Source: Candidatus Bathyarchaeota archaeon BA2
GTDB taxonomy: Archaea > Thermoproteota > Bathyarchaeia > Bathyarchaeales > Bathyarchaeaceae
Assembly (NCBI GenBank): GCA_001399795.1
Contig: LIHK01000023.1
Location: forward strand, 6,916 to 70,915
Direction of reading: 5' to 3'
Length of the DNA stretch: 64,000 nucleotides
Shown here: piece by piece, positions 55,957 through 64,000 of the stretch
Position numbering within the stretch: position 1 is the stretch's first letter
Layout: each line of letters begins with the position of its first letter
Position numbers and translations under genes: made by a program
The notes under the pieces: generated by a model
What the model was told of the DNA's origin: nothing
Database searches by the model: none
The model's input: only the letters and a program-made list of their open reading frames with translations

Positions 55957-56061
55957 ATCTCTTCCTTTTCTGAGGGGCGATAACCTTCCTAAATAATTTT
56001 ATACGGAAAACCTAAAAACGGTGACGAACAACTGATAACAAAACGTTACAGGTGGAACGCC

Positions 56062-56451
56062 ATGAGTAGCGGTGAAACAGCCGAGGAGAGGGAGGACCCT
56101 ATAAAGCTTCATAGAGAAGGAACAGCCTTGTCTGACGTTGGGAAGCATGAGGAGGCAATAGAGAAATTCCTAAAAGCCTCCACACTTTACGAAAAAGCCA
56201 AAAACTTTTTCGACGCATCATACACATTGTTCAAGGCAGCTGAATGCAGCTATACATTAAAGGATTACAGTACCGCGACGGAGCGCTTCATAAAAGCAGC
56301 AGACTTGGCATTCAAAGTGGGCTATGACAGGTTTGGGTTGAGTGCACTGGAATATGCCCTCGACTGCTGCAAGGCAAGAGGAGAAAAAAGAAAGGTTGCT
56401 GAACTGAAAAAGAAAATAAAAGAAGTAAAAGATAAACTCTCAACTTTATAA
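56062..56451 (+). CDS. TPR/SNAP-like helical repeat protein
   Basis: 129 aa of paired amphipathic helices (EEAIEKFLKASTLYEKAKNF...), with a Lys-rich tail. Confidence 0.5.
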   Translation: MSSGETAEEREDPIKLHREGTALSDVGKHEEAIEKFLKASTLYEKAKNFFDASYTLFKAAECSYTLKDYSTATERFIKAADLAFKVGYDRFGLSALEYALDCCKARGEKRKVAELKKKIKEVKDKLSTL

Positions 56452-56532
56452 CTAGTCAACAAACTATAGTGCTCATACTGTTTTTACGTTGGACGAATTT
56501 GACCATGTCGTTTAACACGGTTTTTCGAAAGA

Positions 56533-57534
56533 TTATTGAGGAGGTGATTTTGGGGGTTGAGGAGTCGGGCGTTGTGGTGGTTGAGACGGTGGTGGTCGCG
56601 CTGGTAGTCGAGGTGCTCGAATCATCACAGCTTGTATACTCATTCTCAACGAAACTGATTCGCTTTCATATAATTTTGCGTCTACAGGAGGACCCACTTG
56701 TTGAAGAAATTGGGTGGATCTACAGTATAACTCCCACACATCACTCCACAAATCGGAATTCGGATCTATTTTTTCTACGTTGAGTTTGAGAACATTTTTT
56801 GCTTCTTCGAAGTCTATCACTTTACCATGCGACTTGTACTTTTCCCCTGTGGATAACCATTTTGCGACTAATTCTGCCTGCCTTGGATCATCTTTTAACA
56901 TATACTTTTTCAGCCATTTTTCAGCCAATTCTCGAGACCCGTCGATGGCACTTTGACATCTCGCCAGTATTTCCGGACGTATTTGTGCCATCATTGGGTA
57001 ATACATTTGAACCGGATCACCATCTTCTTGAACTTTTTTACGAATGATTTCTAACCCGTCGATGAATGACCTAGCAGGTATGGTTTCCCCTGGTAAAGGT
57101 GGAGGCGCTGTTCGAAGCTGTGGGTCAATAGGTCCTAGTTCTGCTAGATATCCCATGAGAATCTTGTCACTTCCTAGCGCTATCATGGCTGCTGCACTTT
57201 TTGCGTAGTCTGGTACAATTACACTGAATCCTTTCGTGAACCTAACTCTGCACATCGTCAGAAGCTTTTCAGCTGCATTTGCATCCCCACCTGGAGAATT
57301 TATCATGAGACACCCTTTTTCAGCTCCAGCAACAGACCTTAGCAAATCTTCGAAGAGAGGGACATCTTGTATCATTATGTGAGCAATAGGATGAGTTGGA
57401 TTAGCCGTATAAACAATGAGTTTGGCACCTAACTTCCTTTGTAAGCGTTTAATGATGGGTCGTCTGTGTCTGTCATAAATATTGGGAGCTATTACACTCT
57501 GAAATATCGGATCTTTGAACCGCATACCTAGCAT
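56533..57534 (-). CDS. SDH-family Clp-fold serine protease with a Pro-rich C-terminal tail
   Basis: INSPGGDANAAEKL...AKSAAAMIALGSDKILMG...LGPIDPQ. The tail reads PRLPARPPPSQPPQRPTPQPPKSPPQ. Confidence 0.75.
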   Translation of the reverse strand: MLGMRFKDPIFQSVIAPNIYDRHRRPIIKRLQRKLGAKLIVYTANPTHPIAHIMIQDVPLFEDLLRSVAGAEKGCLMINSPGGDANAAEKLLTMCRVRFTKGFSVIVPDYAKSAAAMIALGSDKILMGYLAELGPIDPQLRTAPPPLPGETIPARSFIDGLEIIRKKVQEDGDPVQMYYPMMAQIRPEILARCQSAIDGSRELAEKWLKKYMLKDDPRQAELVAKWLSTGEKYKSHGKVIDFEEAKNVLKLNVEKIDPNSDLWSDVWELYCRSTQFLQQVGPPVDAKLYESESVSLRMSIQAVMIRAPRLPARPPPSQPPQRPTPQPPKSPPQ

Positions 57535-57880
57535 CTCCTAATTCAGATATTGCTGGATACAGAAATCGTATAGATGCGAGTTCGTCGTCTACTAAACTGA
57601 TTCAGTATTTCTTGCAATTTCTTGATTTCGTCTATTTCCTCTCGATTTTCCTCAAGAACGTCTCTGACGAAATCATTAAGTGACATTTTCATCAATTGGA
57701 ATAGTCTTTAAGTCACACATATTTCTTTCGTTCACTTTCAACATATTCTTAAACAAGTAATCGAATAACTAATTAAAATACACGTATGTCCATTGAGAGT
57801 TCTTATAAGTATGAAAACGTTTATGTTTTTTGCGGGACTAACTTCTTCGAAGCAAACGGTTAGTTGTAAAGGTAAAACTT

Positions 57881-59569
57881 ATGGAAACAGAGTTCCGGGC
57901 TTTGGCTGAACTTTGCGAGAAACTGGAGGCTACATCCAAACGCACATTGATGGTGAGTCTTGTAGCAGAATTTCTAAAGCATTTACGTGATGATGAAGTG
58001 GAACCCGCGATATCTATGATTCTTGGCCGCGCTTTTCCAAGGTGGGATCAAAGAACTCTTGAGGTTAGCTGGGCAACCATGAGTGGCTCGATTAAACGCT
58101 TAACCAATGTGGATTGGAAGGATTTCACAAAGGCTTTCAGCAAAACAGGCGATATAGGAGCAGCCACCAAGATCATGTTTGAATCAAGCAGAATTCAGAG
58201 ACAGGCTACGCTTTTTGAAAAGCCCGTGACGATTCTCGAGGCGAGACGCAGCCTAGAAGCCATAGCTGAAACCAGTGGCTATGGTTCAAGAGAAAGAAAG
58301 GAGTGCCTTATAGAAACTTTGTTGGGTGAAGTCACACCTTTAGAGGCGAAATACATAGTCAAGATAATGATTGGCGAGATGAGGACAGGTTTCCACGAGG
58401 GACTGATGGAACTCGCAGTTTCGAAGGCTTTCAACGTTCCTCATGATGTTGTTCAAAGGGCAAGCATGCTAACCGGAGACATAGGAGAAGTCGCGGCAAT
58501 AGCCAAAACTCGAGGCCGAGAAGGAATCTCGAAGCTTCAGTTTCAAGTTTTCAGACCTATAAAGCCTATGTTAGCCCAAACAGCCGAGGACATAAATGAG
58601 GCCCTCAAAGAACATGGCGGTTTAACCGCCTTCGAACATAAGCTGGATGGGGCCCGCGTACAGATTCACAAAGCTATGAATAAGGTTAGGATTTACAGTC
58701 GCAGGCTAACCGATGTAACTGCGAGCTTCCCTGAAATCGTGCGACTGACTCGGGAGGAAGTTAAAGCCAGTGAAGCTATTTTGGAAGGTGAGATTATTGC
58801 AGTTGGGAAGGATGGCACCCCGCTTCCCTTCCAGCACTTCATGAGAAGGTTCCGAAGGGTTCACGACATAGAAGAGATGGTTAAGAGAATTCCAGTCGAG
58901 CTTTTCCTTTTCGACCTCATATACATTGACGGCAAAAGCCTCATCGTTGACCCATACGTTGAGCGAAGAAAGAAACTGAAGGAAATCGCGGGGAACATAC
59001 CCCTAACTAGGCAAATAATTACCAGCAGTCCTCGTGAAGCAGAACGGTTCCTAGGAGAAGCCATAAACAAAGGCCATGAGGGGCTTGTGGCCAAAAAATT
59101 GGACAGTCCCTATACCCTAGGAGTTCGGGGCAAGCGCTGGTTCAAAATCAAATTATCATTGGAGCCCTTGGACCTAGTCATAGTCGCGGCTGAGTACGGG
59201 TATGGAAGAAGGCACAACTGGCTTTCAGACTATTATCTAGCGGCTCGAGACTCTGAAAGCGGGGAGTTCCTAGTGGTTGGGAAGACTTTCAAGGGTCTAA
59301 CCGACGAAGAAATTAAAGATATGACCAGAAGACTCGAAGAAGCGGCCATCAAAGAGGAGCATCGGAGGGTTGTTGTACCTCCTAAAATAGTGGTGGAAGT
59401 GGCCTACAACGAAGTCCAGAAAAGCCCAAAATACAAGTGTGGAATGGCTTTACGCTTTGCTCGAATAATGCGAATTCGGGAAGACAAAAGCCCAGAAGAA
59501 GCCGACACCATTCAAAAGGTTAGGAAAATTTACGAGAAGCAGTTTGAGAAAAAAGCGATCTACAGGTGA
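57881..59569 (+). CDS. lig: ATP-dependent DNA ligase
   Basis: 562 aa. The adenylation motif is FEHKLDGARVQIH. EGEIIA, LFLFDLIY, EGLVAK and KIK motifs plus an OB-fold C-terminus are present. Confidence 0.95.
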   Translation: METEFRALAELCEKLEATSKRTLMVSLVAEFLKHLRDDEVEPAISMILGRAFPRWDQRTLEVSWATMSGSIKRLTNVDWKDFTKAFSKTGDIGAATKIMFESSRIQRQATLFEKPVTILEARRSLEAIAETSGYGSRERKECLIETLLGEVTPLEAKYIVKIMIGEMRTGFHEGLMELAVSKAFNVPHDVVQRASMLTGDIGEVAAIAKTRGREGISKLQFQVFRPIKPMLAQTAEDINEALKEHGGLTAFEHKLDGARVQIHKAMNKVRIYSRRLTDVTASFPEIVRLTREEVKASEAILEGEIIAVGKDGTPLPFQHFMRRFRRVHDIEEMVKRIPVELFLFDLIYIDGKSLIVDPYVERRKKLKEIAGNIPLTRQIITSSPREAERFLGEAINKGHEGLVAKKLDSPYTLGVRGKRWFKIKLSLEPLDLVIVAAEYGYGRRHNWLSDYYLAARDSESGEFLVVGKTFKGLTDEEIKDMTRRLEEAAIKEEHRRVVVPPKIVVEVAYNEVQKSPKYKCGMALRFARIMRIREDKSPEEADTIQKVRKIYEKQFEKKAIYR

Positions 59570-59660
59570 TAGTTTATGGAGAATAAAGATGTGGAAATCT
59601 TAGACAGAATTCATAAATGGTTTATATAAATAGGCTCAAAATTTTAAAGGAGGGCTCTGG

Positions 59661-59966
59661 ATGGTGCGAAGATCAAAACTGGAAAGGTACATTAGCATTC
59701 TTGAGATTCTGGCGCGTGCGCGCAATTTTGCGTCTCAGGAGCCAATGGACTTAACCCAACTTATGCGTAAGACTGGTCTAAGCAAAAGCGTTCTGAAACA
59801 ACACTTAGACTCTCTGATACAGCAAAACCTTGTTGAAGAACAAAACTTAGGTAAAGACAAAATTTTCTACGCCATTACAGAAAGAGGTCTAAAGGTGCTG
59901 TACGTTGTCGTCCCAATAATTGAAGAAGCGCGCAAAATCCCAGCATCGCTATACCAGCATGAATGA
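59661..59966 (+). CDS. winged-helix transcriptional regulator
   Basis: 101 aa. MDLTQLMRKTGLSKSVLKQHLDSLIQQNLVEE...FYAITERG. Confidence 0.65.
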   Translation: MVRRSKLERYISILEILARARNFASQEPMDLTQLMRKTGLSKSVLKQHLDSLIQQNLVEEQNLGKDKIFYAITERGLKVLYVVVPIIEEARKIPASLYQHE

Positions 59967-59997
59967 CGGAATAGACCACCACTTTTGTCATTTTTGC

Positions 59998-60316
59998 GCG
60001 CGCATAAGTGTTGAATAATTCTTTTTGGCTTGTTTTGGTGATTGGGGCGGTTTTTGGGCTTAGTAGGTGAATGCTGCTATGCTGTTGGCTAGGTCTGGTC
60101 TGCCTATCTTGTGTGTCGTGATGGCCACCGCATATATGCATGAGTAGCATAGGGCCACGTGCATGCGCTGAAAACTTTCCAAACCGGTTTGTCACCTCTT
60201 CTGAGGTTGATTTAACCATCCCTTGGCATTCTCACCCCTATAAGCCTAACTAAGCCTAGAAAAAGCCTAATTGACGGAAATAAGTTAGGAAAGAATTATT
60301 CAACACTTATGCGCGC
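59998..60316. mobile_element. MITE-like non-autonomous element with 27-bp perfect terminal inverted repeats
   Basis: GCGCGCATAAGTGTTGAATAATTCTTT at 59998-60024 is the exact reverse complement of 60290-60316. The 265-bp interior has subterminal GGCTT/AAGCC(TA) repeats and no credible ORF. Confidence 0.6.
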
Positions 60317-60522
60317 AACCGTCAACGATTTATAAAAGGTGATAATTACCGTTTAACCCCGAAAACTTCAAAAATCCTTTAAACTAACCTTTATGGTTGC
60401 GAGCTAAATGTTTCGAAGAAGCGTTGTCCCCCCACAGACTGAAGGGGTTTCCATCGTTCTCACAAGGGTCAGCTACCGACATGAGCGACTTCAAACTCAA
60501 TCCGTCAAATCTTCTCTAAAAG

Positions 60523-61212
60523 TCACGTATATCCGTACTGAGCTAGATAGGACCTGATGTATTCAACTGCTCGTTCTCTTGGTCTGTAGATTCCAAAATG
60601 CCCCTCTGCCAAGACATCAAAGTCCAAGCTGACAAGTTTCTTCATAGATTCAGCCCATTCTGAAATGTTGGAACGAAACTCGGACATGAATGGACCATGA
60701 ACATCCTGCGCGAAAAGGATATTTCCACCCGAGGTGCTGAGAAGTATCGAAATGCTTCCAGGCGTGTGACCTGGCGTGTGAAACCATCTTAAGGTTTTGT
60801 TTCCCACTGGAAATTTTCCCTCAGAGCCCGAAAGTTTAACATCTACTTTGCAGGGAATCAAAATCTGGCTATACCAAACAGCCCCTGTTAGTTTGGGATC
60901 TGCTTTTTCTAAAACCTCACTGTCTAACTCGTGGGCAACCGTTTTGCACCCATATTTTTCGCGAAAAGAAGCGGCTCCTCCAACATGGTCTATGTGAGAA
61001 TGCGTGATAAACAGGGTTGAGATATCCTCTGGATTTAAATCCGCCGTCTTTATGTTTTTACAAATTTTATTAATATCTACGCTGACGCCAGCGTCAATCA
61101 ACGCCAACTCGCTTTTACAATCTACAAGGTAAACCATGCAATCTCCTGGATTAGATATTTCAGAACTGCCGACCAAGTAAACTCCGGGAAGTATTTCAGA
61201 GGGTTTTTGCAT
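60523..61212 (-). CDS. MBL-fold metallo-hydrolase
   Basis: THSHIDHVGG (HxHxDH) and a downstream HTPGHTPG motif. Confidence 0.85.
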   Translation of the reverse strand: MQKPSEILPGVYLVGSSEISNPGDCMVYLVDCKSELALIDAGVSVDINKICKNIKTADLNPEDISTLFITHSHIDHVGGAASFREKYGCKTVAHELDSEVLEKADPKLTGAVWYSQILIPCKVDVKLSGSEGKFPVGNKTLRWFHTPGHTPGSISILLSTSGGNILFAQDVHGPFMSEFRSNISEWAESMKKLVSLDFDVLAEGHFGIYRPRERAVEYIRSYLAQYGYT

Positions 61213-61246
61213 GGGACTGTTTACTCTCCGCTCCTAGAAAAGCTTG

Positions 61247-63964
61247 TCATTTCATGAGTTCACGCTGGCTTTTTAGTTCTTCTTTTAGGTTGAGAGCGGC
61301 TTTCACGGTGCCGTCACCTAAATTTTCGGTGATGAATCCCATTTTCTTCATAAGATTAATAGCCAGATAGTTATCACTTAACAACAGGCCATAAATTGTT
61401 TCAAGTTTTTTGTCTTTACAGATTTCAATCATGTGATCAAGCATTTTTGACCCCAGGCCCAAGCCTTGCCAGGAATCAGCAACGACGATAGCTATTTCGC
61501 CAGTTTTTCCATCGGGTTCAATAACAAGTCTGACAACGCCTAAGATTTTTCTTTGTCCATCGCCAGGCAATTCTGCTACGATTGCTATTTCTCTGTCATA
61601 GTCGATGTTGCAATAGCGAACTCTAACCTCATGCGGTGTTTCTTCGATAACATTGAAAAATCTGTGATGTATGGTTTGTTCTGAAAAGTTTTTGAACATT
61701 TCAAGCCACAAGGGTTCATCTTCAGGCTTTATAGGTCTTAGAAGAACAATTTGTCCATCACGAAGCTTCCACAAAGTTTCGTACTTTATGGGATAGGGAC
61801 TAATCACCAAATGTTCGTGAGGTTCAAGTTCCGCGAATACGCGTTCTTTATCAATTACTATGCGGGCGTCAAGAGCTAAAGCTTCCTTTTCATCTATTAA
61901 CAATGGATTAATGTCAACTTCTTTCAGTTGCGGAAAGTCAACAAGCATCCTGGAAAACCGCACCATTATACCTTCAAGAAGCCTAAGATTTGCCGGCGGC
62001 GCATTTCTATAACCTTTCAGAAGCTGATAAACTTTCGTTTCCTCCATGATTCTTCTAGCTAAAATTTGATTTAACGGTGGAAGCCCGATAGCAACATCTT
62101 TGAATAATTCAACACCGACACCGCCCATTCCAAACAAGATTACTGGACCGAAAAGCGGGTCAGTTTTAGCCCCGAGAATGATTTCATAGCCCCGCTTTTT
62201 AATCATAGGTTGAATTGTAACACCACGAATTTCAGCTTCTGGATTGTATTCTTTAGCTCGCTTTATGATAAGATCAAATGCCTCCCGAAGCTCAGCCTCT
62301 GAAGCTATATCAAGCACGACGCCTCCCGCGTCAGTTTTATGAACAATTTGAGGCGAAAGAATCTTCAGAACCACTGGATAACCTATTTGAGAAGCTGAAA
62401 TAGCCGCCTCATCTACAGTTTTTGCCACCAACGTTTTAACAACTGGAATATTGTAATATTCCAGAAGTTGCTTTGCTTCGATCTCAGTCAATATTTCCCG
62501 GTTTTCCTTGGCAACATTTCTCATTATCACCATAAGCGGACGTTTCGGTGGAACACTTTCCACAGGAAGTTCTTCAGGTGTTTCATAAAGCAATTCAAGA
62601 TTACGTTTATACCGATACATATACATGTATGATTTAACCGCTTGCTCCGGAGTGGAGAACGTTGGAACGCTGTTTTCGGTTAAAATGTGGTTCGCCTCTT
62701 CTACCTCTTCATAACCCATGAAAGACGTCAAAAGCGTCTTGTAATGGCCTTTACTTTTACCCAGCTCCACGATGTTTCTTGCAATCTCAGCGGGATCTGA
62801 TACGCCCTGAGGAGTATAAATTATCAATAAACCGTCAACATTTTCATCTTCAATACATGCTTCTACAACAGCTCTATATCTATCAGCTTTAGCATCTCCC
62901 AAAATATCAATCGGGTTTCCTCTACTCCAATAACGTGGCAAGATGCTGTTAAGCCTCTCCATTGTTTTTCGGCTTAGCTTAGCCAGTTTTCCTTCTCTGG
63001 CTATAAGTGCGTCCGTAGCCATTATTCCTGGACCGCCCGCATTAGTGATTATGGCAAGATTTGGGCCTCTGGGAAGGGGCTGCATGTCCAAAACTTCGGC
63101 AATGTTAAAGAGATCATCAATTTCCTCAACGCGCACTATTCCAGCACGTTTAAACGCTGCATCGTATGTCATGTCTTCGCCGGTGAGGGACCCGGTATGC
63201 GAAGCAGCAGCCTTTGCGCTTTCACCAAACTTTCCAGCCTTCACTACGATTATTGGTTTGGTTTTTGCAAAGTGCCTTGCAGCACTCATGAATTCTCTAG
63301 CATCGGTTATTCCTTCGATGTACATTAATATGCTTCTTGTCTTTGGATCAGTACCAAAATAGTCTATAAGATCGCCGAAGTCTACGTCAATCATTGAGCC
63401 TATGGAAACGAAGTTGCTAAAGCCTATGTTCTCGTGGATGCCCCAGTCAAGGATTGCTGCGCCTAATGCACCGCTTTGAGAAATAAACGCTATATTACCT
63501 GGCTTCGGCATTCTAGTTACAAAGGTCGCGTTAAGATTGATGCTTGGACGGATGATGCCTAAACAGTTAGGTCCTATAATTCGTAGATTGTATTTCTTCT
63601 TTATCTCAAGAATTCTGTCCTCTAGTGCTTTGCCTTCCGGTCCAACTTCTTTAAAACCAGCTGAAATAATGATGATTCCAATTATTCCAGCTTTCCCACA
63701 CTGCTCCACTACGTCAGGAACGGTTTTAGCTGGAGTAGCGATTACAGCAAGGTCAACTGTTTCTGGAAGTTGATCCACGGTTTTATAGGCTTTAAAACCG
63801 AGAATCTCCTTTTTGCGAATGTTAACTGGATAAACCTTGCCTTCATAACCTAACTCGGTGAGATTTTTCATTAATGTATATCCGACAGAACCCTTCTCAT
63901 CACTTGCCCCAATCACCGCGATGCTTTTAGGATTAAAAATTCTGTCAAGATTTGACGTAACCAA
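61247..63964 (-). CDS. ADP-forming acyl-CoA synthetase (alpha and beta domains) fused to a C-terminal GNAT domain (Pat-like protein acetyltransferase architecture)
   Basis: FNPKSIAVIGAS, a CoA-binding domain, an ATP-grasp region, then the GNAT motif QGLGLGSKMLDHM. The frame stays open to the window end, so the start is not fixed. Confidence 0.85.
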   Translation of the reverse strand: MVTSNLDRIFNPKSIAVIGASDEKGSVGYTLMKNLTELGYEGKVYPVNIRKKEILGFKAYKTVDQLPETVDLAVIATPAKTVPDVVEQCGKAGIIGIIIISAGFKEVGPEGKALEDRILEIKKKYNLRIIGPNCLGIIRPSINLNATFVTRMPKPGNIAFISQSGALGAAILDWGIHENIGFSNFVSIGSMIDVDFGDLIDYFGTDPKTRSILMYIEGITDAREFMSAARHFAKTKPIIVVKAGKFGESAKAAASHTGSLTGEDMTYDAAFKRAGIVRVEEIDDLFNIAEVLDMQPLPRGPNLAIITNAGGPGIMATDALIAREGKLAKLSRKTMERLNSILPRYWSRGNPIDILGDAKADRYRAVVEACIEDENVDGLLIIYTPQGVSDPAEIARNIVELGKSKGHYKTLLTSFMGYEEVEEANHILTENSVPTFSTPEQAVKSYMYMYRYKRNLELLYETPEELPVESVPPKRPLMVIMRNVAKENREILTEIEAKQLLEYYNIPVVKTLVAKTVDEAAISASQIGYPVVLKILSPQIVHKTDAGGVVLDIASEAELREAFDLIIKRAKEYNPEAEIRGVTIQPMIKKRGYEIILGAKTDPLFGPVILFGMGGVGVELFKDVAIGLPPLNQILARRIMEETKVYQLLKGYRNAPPANLRLLEGIMVRFSRMLVDFPQLKEVDINPLLIDEKEALALDARIVIDKERVFAELEPHEHLVISPYPIKYETLWKLRDGQIVLLRPIKPEDEPLWLEMFKNFSEQTIHHRFFNVIEETPHEVRVRYCNIDYDREIAIVAELPGDGQRKILGVVRLVIEPDGKTGEIAIVVADSWQGLGLGSKMLDHMIEICKDKKLETIYGLLLSDNYLAINLMKKMGFITENLGDGTVKAALNLKEELKSQRELMK

Positions 63965-64000
63965 GACGTAGCCGCTCTTAATCAGAGAGTAAACAAGATT

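Noticed and set aside
57543-57692. 50-codon minus-strand ORF (MKMSLNDFVRDVLEENREEIDEIKKLQEILNQF...) 8 nt upstream of the Clp-fold protease gene.
   Set aside because: It is plausibly a small co-transcribed protein, but it is below any size or motif threshold I can support from sequence alone.
59875-60219. 114-aa minus-strand ORF.
   Set aside because: It runs from inside the MITE-like element across its inverted repeat into the 3' end of the wHTH gene, which is not a plausible gene.

Overview
Archaeal chromosomal window. The lineage call (TACK/Thermoproteota-like, possibly Bathyarchaeia-type) is inferred from gene content only: ATP-dependent DNA ligase, PAC2 chaperone, DUF1922, Fap7-like kinase, TrpB2, methanofuran genes and a BHB-intron tRNA. 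Recognisable content, left to right: the gatB 3' end; a type II restriction-modification pair next to an initiator tRNA-Met gene that I reconstruct as five exons and four bulge-helix-bulge introns; a nine-gene minus-strand histidine operon (HisRS paralogue, hisG, D, C, HAD hydrolase, B, A, F, IE) with a divergent AbrB-ACT regulator; an accessory stretch (16.5-25.7 kb) holding a nucleotidyltransferase, a wHTH-fused class III ribonucleotide reductase homologue that lacks the glycyl-radical domain, a tightly coupled divergent operon (unknown protein, two YjbQ paralogues, a HAD-cupin PGI fusion, an amidohydrolase), vapBC and a decayed MNT/HEPN pair; a ~1170-aa beta-helix/PKD surface protein split by a frameshift; TrpB2 with an ACT regulator; a glycan cluster (epimerase, two wecB paralogues, large membrane proteins); a methanofuran-type cofactor cluster (mfnB, E, F, D plus a HisA/F-like gene) interrupted by an island with an RNase H-like gene; then rhomboid, RimI, DUF123, a Clp-fold protease, DNA ligase, a MITE-like element with 27-bp perfect terminal inverted repeats, an MBL hydrolase and a Pat-like ACS-GNAT fusion. 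Two themes recur. First, there are many truncated gene remnants (purB, HEAT, EF-1alpha-like, epimerase, GT2, mfnE-like), several ending at alternating (GC)n tracts. Second, several 1-nt frameshifts sit at or near short base runs, so assembly error must be excluded before these are called pseudogenes. No rRNA genes and no CRISPR array were seen. All family calls rest on motif recognition by eye. No searches were run.
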